From Acidimicrobiales bacterium (GTDB taxonomy: Bacteria > Actinomycetota > Acidimicrobiia > Acidimicrobiales > SHLQ01): a stretch of DNA of 64,000 bases. The stretch is from contig JAHDEJ010000002.1 of the NCBI GenBank assembly GCA_020628865.1, forward strand, positions 136,643 to 200,642. Reading direction: 5' to 3'. Shown here one piece after another: positions 28,360 to 36,895 of the stretch (positions are counted from its first letter, which is position 1; each line of letters begins with the position of its first letter). The notes under the pieces are model-generated. The model worked only from the letters and a program-made list of their open reading frames with translations. It was not told the origin of the DNA and ran no database searches. The position numbers and the translations under genes were made by a program.

Positions 28360-28458
28360 CTCTTAATCCGCAGGTTCTGGGTTCAAGTCCCAGGGGGCGC
28401 ACCACGAAAACCCCTGATTTCTAAGCGAAGGTTGAGGGTCGGGGGTTCTTTCGTTTTC
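28360..28458 (+). repeat. attR: duplicated 3' part of tRNA-Lys plus terminator
   Basis: It matches 19527-19625 at 94 of 99 positions. There is no 5' acceptor or D-arm upstream, so it is a fragment rather than a tRNA gene. This copy carries C at the position that would restore a G1:C72 pair. Confidence 0.85.
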
Positions 28459-28559
28459 CCGGCAGGCGGCCAGAATCCAACGTGATTCCTAAAGCGGTGC
28501 TCAACTGGTGCGGGAAGCGCAACAGGAACCAGATGGAATCCACCAACGTAGAACCATTC

Positions 28560-29150
28560 ATGAATCAGCTCAGCCGGCTTCGTCTTCTGTCGCTCGCCGT
28601 GGTGGTGGGGCTTGCCGGCTGCGGCGGGACGACATCAGAGGCCGATACAGGCGAATCCGGCCCCGCCGACGATCCCGTAGTCCAAGCCGAAACGGACGCG
28701 TCAGATGTGCTGGACATGGAGGATGTCGACCCGTTCGGCCGCCTGAGGGTCTTCATGATTGAGAACGCGCCGAGCAGCTCGCTCTTTGACAGCATCGACT
28801 TGGTTCCCGCGCTCGACAACGGCCGACGCATCCTCGTCTCCGTCTTTTAGCAGCCTGACGGCTCCGATGCCTACGTTCTGAGCTTCCTCTACAAGCCGAG
28901 TTGCTCGCACATTCCAGGAGTACTCACGCCCGCTGGCAGCAACAGCTTCGTTTGGACCGAGGGAAGGCCAGAGGCCGGCGGAATCGAGCATGAATCGATC
29001 CACTGCCCTCCCGACTGGCAGTTCGAACCAACGCTTGACGGTCGCCCGACCGAGCTTGAAATCTCGGTTGACGAGTATGAGGCCGATGCGCTCACCTTGA
29101 CGATCGACGGTTCAACCGAACGATGGACGATCACGACTGACGGCGGCTAG
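28560..29150 (+). pseudogene. Lipoprotein gene interrupted by an in-frame TAG at 28848-28850
   Basis: The translation MNQLSRLRLLSLAVVVGLAGCGG...RILVSVF-TAG-QPDGSDAYVLSFLYKPSCSHIPGVL...TERWTITTDGG-TAG is in one frame (coordinates = 0 mod 3). The 99 codons after the TAG are open and protein-like but have no start codon of their own. Confidence 0.55.
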
Positions 29151-29231
29151 CTCATCCCGAAGCCTCGATCATGCAGGTCGTCGCTACGACGCGGTTCTGC
29201 AGTCATCACCACAAGGCTCTGACCGGGACGC

Positions 29232-30302
29232 TCACCCGAGGAGTTCGGTGACGAACGTCCGCATGGCCGCTGAGGCTTCGTCGGGGACTTCGAGCTGGAA
29301 GAAGTGGTTGCCGTCGAGGAATTGGACCCGGCCGTCGGTGACGAAGTCGGGCGTGTTCTCGTACTCCTCAACGTGCTGGCCGGGATCGAGCCGCCCCTGC
29401 AAGAACAGCACCGGCATCGTCATCTTCGCAAACAGCGTGTCGTGACGGTCGGCCAACTCTTGCTCGAGGCTCGTGTGGTCGAACTGTCGGGGTGACGCCT
29501 CGGCCACACCGTTGAACTTCACCTCGTGGTCCAGGCGGTCGAGCACCTCCTTGCTGATGCCCTCCACCCGGTAGCCGCCGGCCGCATAGGAAACCCGGGG
29601 AAAGCCGGTCCACTTCATCAGCTTCGAGAACCACGGCTGAGCGAAGATCTCGTGTGGCGGCTTCGGGTCGCCGTGGGGCTCGTTGGCCGACTGCTGCATA
29701 CGCACGTAGCGCAGCACCCGCTCCTCCATCCCGTCGACGTTCAGCAGGTGGTCGGAGATGACGGAGCCTCGGTCGTGCCCGCCAAGGTTGAACCGGTCCA
29801 CGCCGATGGTGTCCAGCAGCGCTCCGAGTGACTCGGCGATGGCCGAGTAGCGGTAGTCGAGGTCGAGTCGCTTGTCGCTCTGGCCGTTGCCAAGTGTGTC
29901 CACGGCGATGCAGTAGAACTCGTCGGCCAGATCGCGCATTTGGTTGTGGAACGTGAACCAGCTCTCCGGGAACCCGTGCACCAGCACGAACGGCTCGTTG
30001 CTCGGGTCGCCGGTCGTGACGAAGTGCCAGGTGACGCCGTCGGCGTCGGCATACCAGTGCGTCGCTTCGACATCGCCGATCATCTCGATCTCGCCGTGGG
30101 CATTCTCTGCGCCGATCGGATACTCGGCCGGCTGCGGATACCGGAGGTTGTCGGCGATCGGGGCCGTGCCCGGCACTCCCCCTTCACGAACGTTCGTCAG
30201 CGTGAGATCCTCCTTCGACAGGTACTCGAGCCGCGGGAGGGTCTGCGGCGAGAGCATCTTGATCAGCTTGACGATCTCTTTGGCGTCGGTCGGATTCGGC
30301 AT
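29232..30302 (-). CDS. Alpha/beta hydrolase (epoxide hydrolase / haloalkane dehalogenase-like)
   Basis: The translation carries PFVLVHGFPESWFTFHNQ and the nucleophile-elbow region LGGHDRGS. The start MPNPTDAKE has an AAGGAG RBS. Confidence 0.8.
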   Translation of the reverse strand: MPNPTDAKEIVKLIKMLSPQTLPRLEYLSKEDLTLTNVREGGVPGTAPIADNLRYPQPAEYPIGAENAHGEIEMIGDVEATHWYADADGVTWHFVTTGDPSNEPFVLVHGFPESWFTFHNQMRDLADEFYCIAVDTLGNGQSDKRLDLDYRYSAIAESLGALLDTIGVDRFNLGGHDRGSVISDHLLNVDGMEERVLRYVRMQQSANEPHGDPKPPHEIFAQPWFSKLMKWTGFPRVSYAAGGYRVEGISKEVLDRLDHEVKFNGVAEASPRQFDHTSLEQELADRHDTLFAKMTMPVLFLQGRLDPGQHVEEYENTPDFVTDGRVQFLDGNHFFQLEVPDEASAAMRTFVTELLG

Positions 30303-30421
30303 GGTCGCTCCTTGGCGATTGTCGGTTCTGTGAACCGGATGGACTTCGAGTGGATCGATGGAGCCGCATAGGATCGGCCCCACCGAGCACCGTACGAATC
30401 GCCCGTCGGGCCGGCCGCGCC

Positions 30422-31474
30422 ATGGACGACAACAACAGGACCGTTCACGCCAACCCGCCCGAGTCGTCGATGCTGGCCAGCCTCATGACGGTGGCTGCGG
30501 CCTACGCCGTGCAGCGAAAGATCCCGCTCGAAGAGGTCGCCGACGCTGCCGGGCTCGAGCCGCATGCGCTCCTCGCTCCAGTCGATCGGGTTCCAGAAGA
30601 TGCCGTCTCCCGGATTCTCGGGATGCTGCAACAGCGTTTTCCCGACGAGGCCGTGGCGGTCGACATGGTGGCCGCAGCGCCGGTCCACTTCCTCGGGCCG
30701 CTGGAGCCCATCGCACGAATCGTCCCGACGCTCAAAGCCGGAATCGAGCTGTTCGTCTACTACCGCAGCGTGCTCGCCACCAGCGCACTGCTCGAGTTCC
30801 TGAGCGATCCTCCGGGACCGCTGTTGCGGCTCGAACATCCCAACGACGAGGAGTTCGGGTCGGTCAATGCCGAGATGGGCCTCGCGATGGGGACCCGAGC
30901 CGTCGTCGAAGTACTGGGCGTTCCCGATGCCCTCCGCGGCGTGTGGATCGCCCACACCCCGGCCGGACCGCCCGAGCGGTACGCCGAGTTCTTCGGCGTT
31001 CCCGTGCGGTTCGACGCACCCGACAACGCCCTGCTCTTCCACGCACATCGGCTCGACGACCCGGTCGACCCCGACGCCGGGGCACGATTACGGGTGCTCC
31101 GCGCCCACCTGGACATCGTCCGCTCGCAGCTCCACCAGGCCAACGAGTCCGACGAGTTGCGGCTCATTCGCGACGCTGCAGCGCAGAACGCAGCCAACGG
31201 CGAGTTCACGGCGGACGCGCTCGCCAACCGGCTCGGCCTCGGCCTTCGCACCCTGCAACGCCGAACCGACGACCTCGGCACCTCCGCGAGCGAAATCATC
31301 GACGGCCTCCGGGAGGCCACCGCCCGTCAGCTCCTGGCCGACGCAGACATGAGCACCTTCGAAATCGCGATCGCCCTCGGCTACTCGACCGACAGCACAT
31401 TCCGCCGCGCCTTTCGCCGATGGACCGGCCAGAGCCCCACGCAGTTCCGACAGTCACCCACCAGCACCGGCTGA
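30422..31474 (+). CDS. AraC-family transcriptional regulator
   Basis: The C-terminal HTH is FEIAIALGYSTDSTFRRAFRRWTGQSPTQFR. The gene is divergent from the hydrolase gene. Confidence 0.8.
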   Translation: MDDNNRTVHANPPESSMLASLMTVAAAYAVQRKIPLEEVADAAGLEPHALLAPVDRVPEDAVSRILGMLQQRFPDEAVAVDMVAAAPVHFLGPLEPIARIVPTLKAGIELFVYYRSVLATSALLEFLSDPPGPLLRLEHPNDEEFGSVNAEMGLAMGTRAVVEVLGVPDALRGVWIAHTPAGPPERYAEFFGVPVRFDAPDNALLFHAHRLDDPVDPDAGARLRVLRAHLDIVRSQLHQANESDELRLIRDAAAQNAANGEFTADALANRLGLGLRTLQRRTDDLGTSASEIIDGLREATARQLLADADMSTFEIAIALGYSTDSTFRRAFRRWTGQSPTQFRQSPTSTG

Positions 31475-31555
31475 CGATGTAGCGATTGCTCGTACGGGGC
31501 ACGATCTAGGCAGCCGAGGCCCGTTGGCCACTTCTGCCCACCGTCCAACCGTGCC

Positions 31556-32410
31556 TCACCCAGCAGCGGACAGAATGTCGATCCGCTCGTCATCGATGGC
31601 GATCAGATCGGAGCGAAGCGCCTCCATATCATCCGAACTCACGTGCAGGGCCTCTCGCAGCGCCACCCGAACCTGATGCGTCCACACCTTGTGGTCCAGC
31701 ACATGATCGCCGGCTGCAAGCGCCACAATCTCCTTCACCGGTGGGTAGTTTGCGGGCGCGCCATCGATGGCTCGGAAGCCCTCGAGTCTGTCCTTCAACA
31801 TCATTCTGGCGACCAACGCATTCGCCTGGAGATGACTCTGGAGCTCGGCGAACTTCTTGGCTGCGACATCCACCGACACGTACAGCACATCGGTACCATC
31901 GTCGGCCGCCTCCGCTCCGTCGACCCACAGCAGCAACTCGCCCGAGAGCGCAGCCACCGCAGATGCGGTGCGTAGCGACGACACCAGCGGTTCCCGGAGC
32001 TCGGCGATCTCGCTCAACCTCGCCCGCTCGGCGCTGTGGACGGGAAGAGCGTTCGTCCGACGGTCCATCTCCGCACCGAGCTGCGCACGGGCAAGTTCGA
32101 CGCCATGAGACTCCTCCTGCAACAGTCGAAGGCGGTCCTGGTCGACAAGCTGCCGGGCTTCGTTCGCGCCGATGAGGGCGTCGAGCCGATCGAGCTCAGG
32201 GCCGTCGGCTCCGCCACTGCCTCGGTTTCGGACGAACACGCCTCGCACTCCCTTGGACCGAGCAATCCTCCGGGCGACCTCGGCTCGTTCGGCCGTGAGT
32301 TCAACGATCTCTGCGTCGAGCGCCGCAAGGGATCGCTGCAAGTCGGCTGCTTCCGCAGCAGCACGGCTCTTCTCTCTCGCCTCGACGAGCACATCCGCAA
32401 ATTCCACCAT
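31556..32410 (-). CDS. Hypothetical protein, N-terminal coiled-coil-like
   Basis: The 284-aa product starts at MVEFADVLVEAREKSRAAAEAADLQRSLAALDAEIVELTAERAEV.... I recognise no family. It lies 62 bp downstream of the macrodomain gene. Confidence 0.55.
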   Translation of the reverse strand: MVEFADVLVEAREKSRAAAEAADLQRSLAALDAEIVELTAERAEVARRIARSKGVRGVFVRNRGSGGADGPELDRLDALIGANEARQLVDQDRLRLLQEESHGVELARAQLGAEMDRRTNALPVHSAERARLSEIAELREPLVSSLRTASAVAALSGELLLWVDGAEAADDGTDVLYVSVDVAAKKFAELQSHLQANALVARMMLKDRLEGFRAIDGAPANYPPVKEIVALAAGDHVLDHKVWTHQVRVALREALHVSSDDMEALRSDLIAIDDERIDILSAAG

Positions 32411-32471
32411 CGCATCAGTGTGAACGGCAGACCACACGCCCGCAATGAGGATCTCGACTCGAGTCTGCGGA

Positions 32472-32954
32472 CTACAAGTCGTACACAACCGTCTCGATCT
32501 GTTCGGCAATCAGCGTTCGGTCGATGATCTGCTCGACCAACACCCAATCCCCACCGGCCAGACCACAACCGATGCGCGGCATATGCACGGAAGCATTGAG
32601 CGCAAGTGCTTCCTCGGCAAGATCCGCCAAGCCAGCCTCGATCGCCCAGTACCGAACCGGAGCGTCTCCGCCGCTATTGGAACGGATATCTCTCTGCCCG
32701 ATGAGGTTCGCCACATACAAATCTCCCGGGAGCGAAACGAGCTGCACTGACCCGAGCTCGAAGTCATTCGTCTCCCGGTCGCGGTACCAAGAGCGGTAGG
32801 CGGCTTCTGGTTCGCTCCAGCGACGAGACAAGGCCAGAACGAATCCTCGCCCCCACCCTCCAACGTCGTTGCAGACGTGCGCAATGATCTTCGGCCCATC
32901 ACCAATTGGTTGTGTCGCGTCTCCCTGCACGTATTGAATTTGAGAATCAGTCAT
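32472..32954 (-). CDS. Macro-domain protein (ADP-ribose binding/hydrolase fold, TARG1/Poa1p-like)
   Basis: The 160-aa product contains IIAHVCNDVGGWGRGFVLALSRRW...HMPRIGCGLAGGDW, the typical macrodomain glycine-rich loops. Confidence 0.75.
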   Translation of the reverse strand: MTDSQIQYVQGDATQPIGDGPKIIAHVCNDVGGWGRGFVLALSRRWSEPEAAYRSWYRDRETNDFELGSVQLVSLPGDLYVANLIGQRDIRSNSGGDAPVRYWAIEAGLADLAEEALALNASVHMPRIGCGLAGGDWVLVEQIIDRTLIAEQIETVVYDL

Positions 32955-33003
32955 CTTGCAACCAACGCTAACCGGTTTCCCAAGGTGCACCTGGCCGACT
33001 ACG

Positions 33004-33795
33004 TCAGCTGAAAGCGCTGGACCGAGTCGCCTGAACTCCCGCCACCCAGTCGACGAAGTCGGGATCCTGCAACCGGATCTCCGAACGACGCGCGGACTCC
33101 CCCACCGGGACCACATGAGAAACGAAGCCATCGCCGGTGAAGGCATGGAGGCTGAATGCCGGCGGTTCCGACGTTTGCGCCGGCTCGTGCTGCGGATCGA
33201 GATCCCCGGCCACGGCCGCAGATGTCGACGGACACACCCAGAGGGCGCAACCGCCCCAGTTGGCCGAAATCGATCGGTGGACATGACCGCTCAGCACCTT
33301 GACCACCTGCGGGTGACGCCGCACCACCTCCTCGACAAGTTCCTTCCCCTCGAGCCCCACACAATCCATCCACCAGATGCCCGTCTCGAACGGCGGGTGG
33401 TGCATGGCCACAACAGTCGACGTGTCCGGGTGGGAGCCGAGCTCCCGATCGAGCCACTCTGCATCATCGACGGAGAACGTCTCGCTGCTCGTATCGAGCA
33501 GGACCAGCCGCAGCGGACCCGCCGGCATCGAGCGATGGCCGGCCAGCTCCGCGACGCTGCCGTCGTGGTTCCCGTTGATGGCCTCCCACGGAACCGACAG
33601 CACCTCCAGGCGCCGCTTCACCTCTGCCCACTCGTCAGCGCTCGAGTTGTGCGTGTTGTCCCCTGTCAACAACACCAGGTCCGGCTGGCGCGCCATGCCG
33701 TTGATCTCGTCGAGAGCAAGCGAGAACCGTTCGGCACTCCCCTCGTTCGGACCACCAACGTGGATGTCGGACAACTGCGCGATCACATAGACCAT
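33004..33795 (-). CDS. Calcineurin-like metallophosphoesterase (CpdA-type cyclic-nucleotide phosphodiesterase-like)
   Basis: The motifs are LSDIHVG, LTGDNTH, INGNHD, AMHHPP and SGHVH. Confidence 0.8.
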   Translation of the reverse strand: MVYVIAQLSDIHVGGPNEGSAERFSLALDEINGMARQPDLVLLTGDNTHNSSADEWAEVKRRLEVLSVPWEAINGNHDGSVAELAGHRSMPAGPLRLVLLDTSSETFSVDDAEWLDRELGSHPDTSTVVAMHHPPFETGIWWMDCVGLEGKELVEEVVRRHPQVVKVLSGHVHRSISANWGGCALWVCPSTSAAVAGDLDPQHEPAQTSEPPAFSLHAFTGDGFVSHVVPVGESARRSEIRLQDPDFVDWVAGVQATRSSAFS

Positions 33796-33871
33796 GCGCC
33801 CAGCTTCGCACGACTGCCGCACAGCTCGCGTTGACGCAATCCGCACGGACCTTGGCATTGGCCACGCTTGG

Positions 33872-35212
33872 CTATGACTGGGCGGCGATGAAGGTGGTGA
33901 GCGCGGCAGCCTCGGCGGTGAGCGTCGTGGTGTCGACAAGGTCACCAGCGTCGGCGGCGAGCAGATCCGACCAGTCGGCGATCGTCGAGGCTGCCGTTCC
34001 GCTGGTGAACAGGCGCTCGGTCAGCTCGGTCGTCTTCGTGTTGCAGAGCTCGACGAACTCGGCGTTCGCCATGAATCGGTCGACCAGCACGTTCGACCCG
34101 CCGCCGCCCGGGCCCGTCGCGCCGGGGCCCGGCAGCGCACCGGCGTCAGCTCCAGGAGCCACACGTTCGGGTCGGGCGCCTCCACCCGGGCGATCGCCCC
34201 GACCACCGGCAGCAGCAACGTCGCCGCCGACACCACCGGGGCCTCCCCCGCCACCCACGTTGGCCGTGTTGAAGGCAAGGTTCAGATCCCAGCTCACCAC
34301 GGTGAACTGCTCGCTCTCGTAGTCGTAGTGCAGGTAGGAGTTGTTGCCCCGACCGTCGATGTCGTCGGCGTTGCCGATCAGGTCCTGGAACGCCAGGTAC
34401 GTGGCGAACGCGTCGAGATCCAGACGATCGGCGAGCTCTGCGTTGAAGGTGGCGTCGTCGCTGTTGTTGACGAAGTCGAGGAAGGAGATCAACGGTTCGT
34501 AGTCGTCGTCGCCGGCCTTCTGCCCGAAGACCTCTTCGTACGCCTCGGGGTCGTCACCGCGGTAGCTGTAGTCGCCCTCGCTGTCCGCCTTGTAAAGCAC
34601 GCCGTCATCGTCGTCGAAGTTCGCATCGTCCCAGACGTCGTCCGGGTGCTCGACCGCGAGGCGCAGCTCGGTTTCGCCGCCGTTCACGGTGAACGCCGTG
34701 GCGATCGGATCCTGATTCGCAAGGCCGGCAACGGCCAGCAACTCCTGAGCGACCGCCTCGTTCAACGCGGTTTCGGTCGAGTTCGAGCGAATCACGATGT
34801 CCGTGTAGCCCTGATGGTCGACATCGTCGATGTACTTGTCGAGACGGATCAGCCACGGCAGATCCTCCGGGTTCCCGGCCGTCGAGCTGTTCAGCCCGAA
34901 CAGCGACGAGTTGCCCTTCAACCGAATGCCGGCGTCCTCGAAGGTGGTCCCGTCGATCACGACCGTCGCCGCAATCCAGCTCTTCTCCCCGGTCTCGACG
35001 TAGTCGGCGATCAGCTGGTCGTAGTCCGCATCGTCGAACGTCACGTCGATCCCGTGCAGGACCGCACTGTCGAACAGTGCGACCTGTCCGTCCAGCTCCG
35101 CTTCGAGATCGGCCGCCGTGGCGCTGGCGAAGGAACAGCCGGCGAGCAGAGCCGCGCTGGCAGCGATGGCTGTGAGCGCCTGCACGAATCGGGATGCGGT
35201 GGGGTGGGCCAT
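33872..35212 (-). CDS. CotH-family protein (atypical kinase fold) with lipoprotein signal and a Gly/Pro-rich insert
   Basis: The lipobox is LLAGCS. CotH-like blocks are present (RLKGNSS, NSYLHYDYESEQFTVVSWDLNLAF). A low-complexity insert, GGGGGPGGVGG...GPGATGPGGGGS, is encoded at about 34090-34290. Confidence 0.75.
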   Translation of the reverse strand: MAHPTASRFVQALTAIAASAALLAGCSFASATAADLEAELDGQVALFDSAVLHGIDVTFDDADYDQLIADYVETGEKSWIAATVVIDGTTFEDAGIRLKGNSSLFGLNSSTAGNPEDLPWLIRLDKYIDDVDHQGYTDIVIRSNSTETALNEAVAQELLAVAGLANQDPIATAFTVNGGETELRLAVEHPDDVWDDANFDDDDGVLYKADSEGDYSYRGDDPEAYEEVFGQKAGDDDYEPLISFLDFVNNSDDATFNAELADRLDLDAFATYLAFQDLIGNADDIDGRGNNSYLHYDYESEQFTVVSWDLNLAFNTANVGGGGGPGGVGGDVAAAGGRGDRPGGGARPERVAPGADAGALPGPGATGPGGGGSNVLVDRFMANAEFVELCNTKTTELTERLFTSGTAASTIADWSDLLAADAGDLVDTTTLTAEAAALTTFIAAQS

Positions 35213-35423
35213 GACAGCGCCTTTCAAGGGAGGGATGTCATGAGCAAACACGGCCTCCTTCCGATTGGCCGTGGAGCTTTCTGGGAGTTCCCTGTGGATC
35301 CGTTTGGCCCGCCGAATCAGCAGAGACTCCGAAGCAACTCCACACCAAACTCACAAACTCGATTGCTTTGATGACCCTCGTACCAACCAGCCGACCGTCT
35401 CGTCGGCCATCCAAGGAGTCACC

Positions 35424-36038
35424 ATGTCGCAATCCGCCCTCGTCGCCGCAGACGTCATCGCCATCGCCGTGCTCGTCTTTGCGCTCTACTTCCCTCGATA
35501 CGGGCGACGAGACATGGTCGTCGCCATCCTCGGCCTGAACATTGGCGTCCTCGCCGTGGCCACCACGCTCTCCACCGCCCAGGTGAGCGCCGGGCTCGGT
35601 CTCGGGCTCTTCGGCGTGCTCTCCATCATCCGCCTCCGCTCCTCCGAACTCGAGCAGGAAGAGGTGGCCTACTACTTCACCGCCCTCGCCCTCGGGCTGC
35701 TCGGCGGCATCTCCGTGGCGCCGGCATGGGTCTCGCCGGCGCTCATGTCCATCATCGTGCTCGCCATGTACATCGGCGATCACCCGCGACTCTTCGCCAC
35801 CAGCCGCCACCAGGTCGTCACCCTCGACCAGGCGATCATGGACGAGCGGGTCCTCGTCGCCCGGCTCGAATCGGTGCTCGGCGGCACGGTCACCCGGCTC
35901 AAGGTGAAGAAGGTCGACCTCGTCAACGACTCGACCGTCGTCGATGTCCGCTTCCGCACACACGCCACCCCTGCTGCGCTGAACGACACCCATGTCGGCA
36001 CGCAGGCCGCGGCCGGAGCGATGGCGGGTCGGCGATGA
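35424..36038 (+). CDS. DUF4956-like membrane protein
   Basis: The translation runs MSQSALVAADVIAIAVLVFALYFPRYGRRDM...GLFGVLSIIRLRS.... The RBS is AAGGAG. The stop overlaps the next start as ATGA. Confidence 0.7.
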   Translation: MSQSALVAADVIAIAVLVFALYFPRYGRRDMVVAILGLNIGVLAVATTLSTAQVSAGLGLGLFGVLSIIRLRSSELEQEEVAYYFTALALGLLGGISVAPAWVSPALMSIIVLAMYIGDHPRLFATSRHQVVTLDQAIMDERVLVARLESVLGGTVTRLKVKKVDLVNDSTVVDVRFRTHATPAALNDTHVGTQAAAGAMAGRR

Positions 36039-36823
36039 GCACGACGACACTTCCTCCAGAGACCCTTCCAGCCCTCGAGCATTTGGAGGCGATCTCGCTC
36101 GACGCGCTCAACGAGGTGGCCGCACTCCAGACCCGGACCGACCGCAAATACATCTTGGGTCCGGCCGAGCTCGCCGCACTCCTCGGCCAGCTCCCCGACT
36201 CGATTCGGGTGCTCGAGATCGGCGGCCAACGAAGCTTCGGCTACGAATCGACCTACTTCGACACGCCCGACCACGCCTCCTACCGCAGCGCCGCCCACCG
36301 CCGCCGGCAACGATGGAAGGTCCGAATTCGAAGCTACGAAACGTCGCCCGACGCCATGCTCGAGATCAAGACCAAGGACGGGCGGGGCCACACCGTGAAG
36401 ACCCGAACCGGATGCGGCCATGGCGAACGCCACACGCTCGACCGAGCGGCCCGGAGCTTCGTGGCCGAGACCATCGGCGATGCCAACGCCAGCGGCCGGC
36501 TCGTCCCGTCGCTCACGACTTCCTACCGACGCTCGACGTTCGTCGACCTCGCCGACGCCTCCCGCCTCACCATTGACCGCGACCTCGTCTGCACCGGATG
36601 GACCGGCAACCGGGCCTCCATCGGCGAGCAGGCAATCATCGAGACGAAGTCCTCCGGCAGCCCCAGCGCAACCGACCGGTGGCTGTGGAGCCACGGCCTC
36701 CGCCCCACGAAGGTGAGCAAGTACTGCACCGGACTCGCCGCCCTGCACCCCGAACTCCCCCACAACAAATGGAACCGAGTGTTGCAACGGCACTGGACCG
36801 TGTCCGGCCCGGCCGCGAAGTGA
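36035..36823 (+). CDS. VTC-domain (polyphosphate polymerase-like) protein
   Basis: The translation contains RTDRKYILGP...STYFDTPD...RRRQRWKVRIRSY...LEIKTKD. It is translationally coupled to the DUF4956-like gene. Confidence 0.7.
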   Translation: MSTTTLPPETLPALEHLEAISLDALNEVAALQTRTDRKYILGPAELAALLGQLPDSIRVLEIGGQRSFGYESTYFDTPDHASYRSAAHRRRQRWKVRIRSYETSPDAMLEIKTKDGRGHTVKTRTGCGHGERHTLDRAARSFVAETIGDANASGRLVPSLTTSYRRSTFVDLADASRLTIDRDLVCTGWTGNRASIGEQAIIETKSSGSPSATDRWLWSHGLRPTKVSKYCTGLAALHPELPHNKWNRVLQRHWTVSGPAAK

Positions 36824-36895
36824 CCGGACGGTAACCGGACGGCTCCCGTCGGGCCGGGTACCATCCGACACTGCCCCCACCCTCCGGATTCACCG

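Larger units (their letters stand above)
19527..28458. mobile_element. tRNA-Lys-integrated integrative mobilizable element (~8.9 kb)
   Basis: The element is bounded by the 99-bp direct repeats. It carries a tyrosine integrase, a MobF relaxase, an excisionase-like HTH, a toxin-antitoxin pair and hypothetical cargo. G+C looks lower by eye in 19.7-21.05 kb and 25.2-28.4 kb. Confidence 0.8.

Noticed and set aside
28360-28404. A second tRNA-Lys gene.
   Set aside because: Only the anticodon loop through the 3' end is present. The upstream sequence has no acceptor 5' strand or D-arm. It is the attR duplicate of the integration target.
28848-28850. Pyrrolysine decoding of the in-frame TAG, prompted by the MttB-family gene in the same window.
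   Set aside because: The MttB homologue itself has no in-frame TAG, so it is the non-Pyl type. No pylT or pylSBCD-like genes are seen in the window. Nonsense mutation is the simpler explanation.
34090-34290. The Gly/Pro-rich stretch in the CotH gene as a separate repeat element or frameshift.
   Set aside because: The reading frame is continuous, and CotH-like blocks resume in frame on both sides. It is treated as a low-complexity insert within the CDS.
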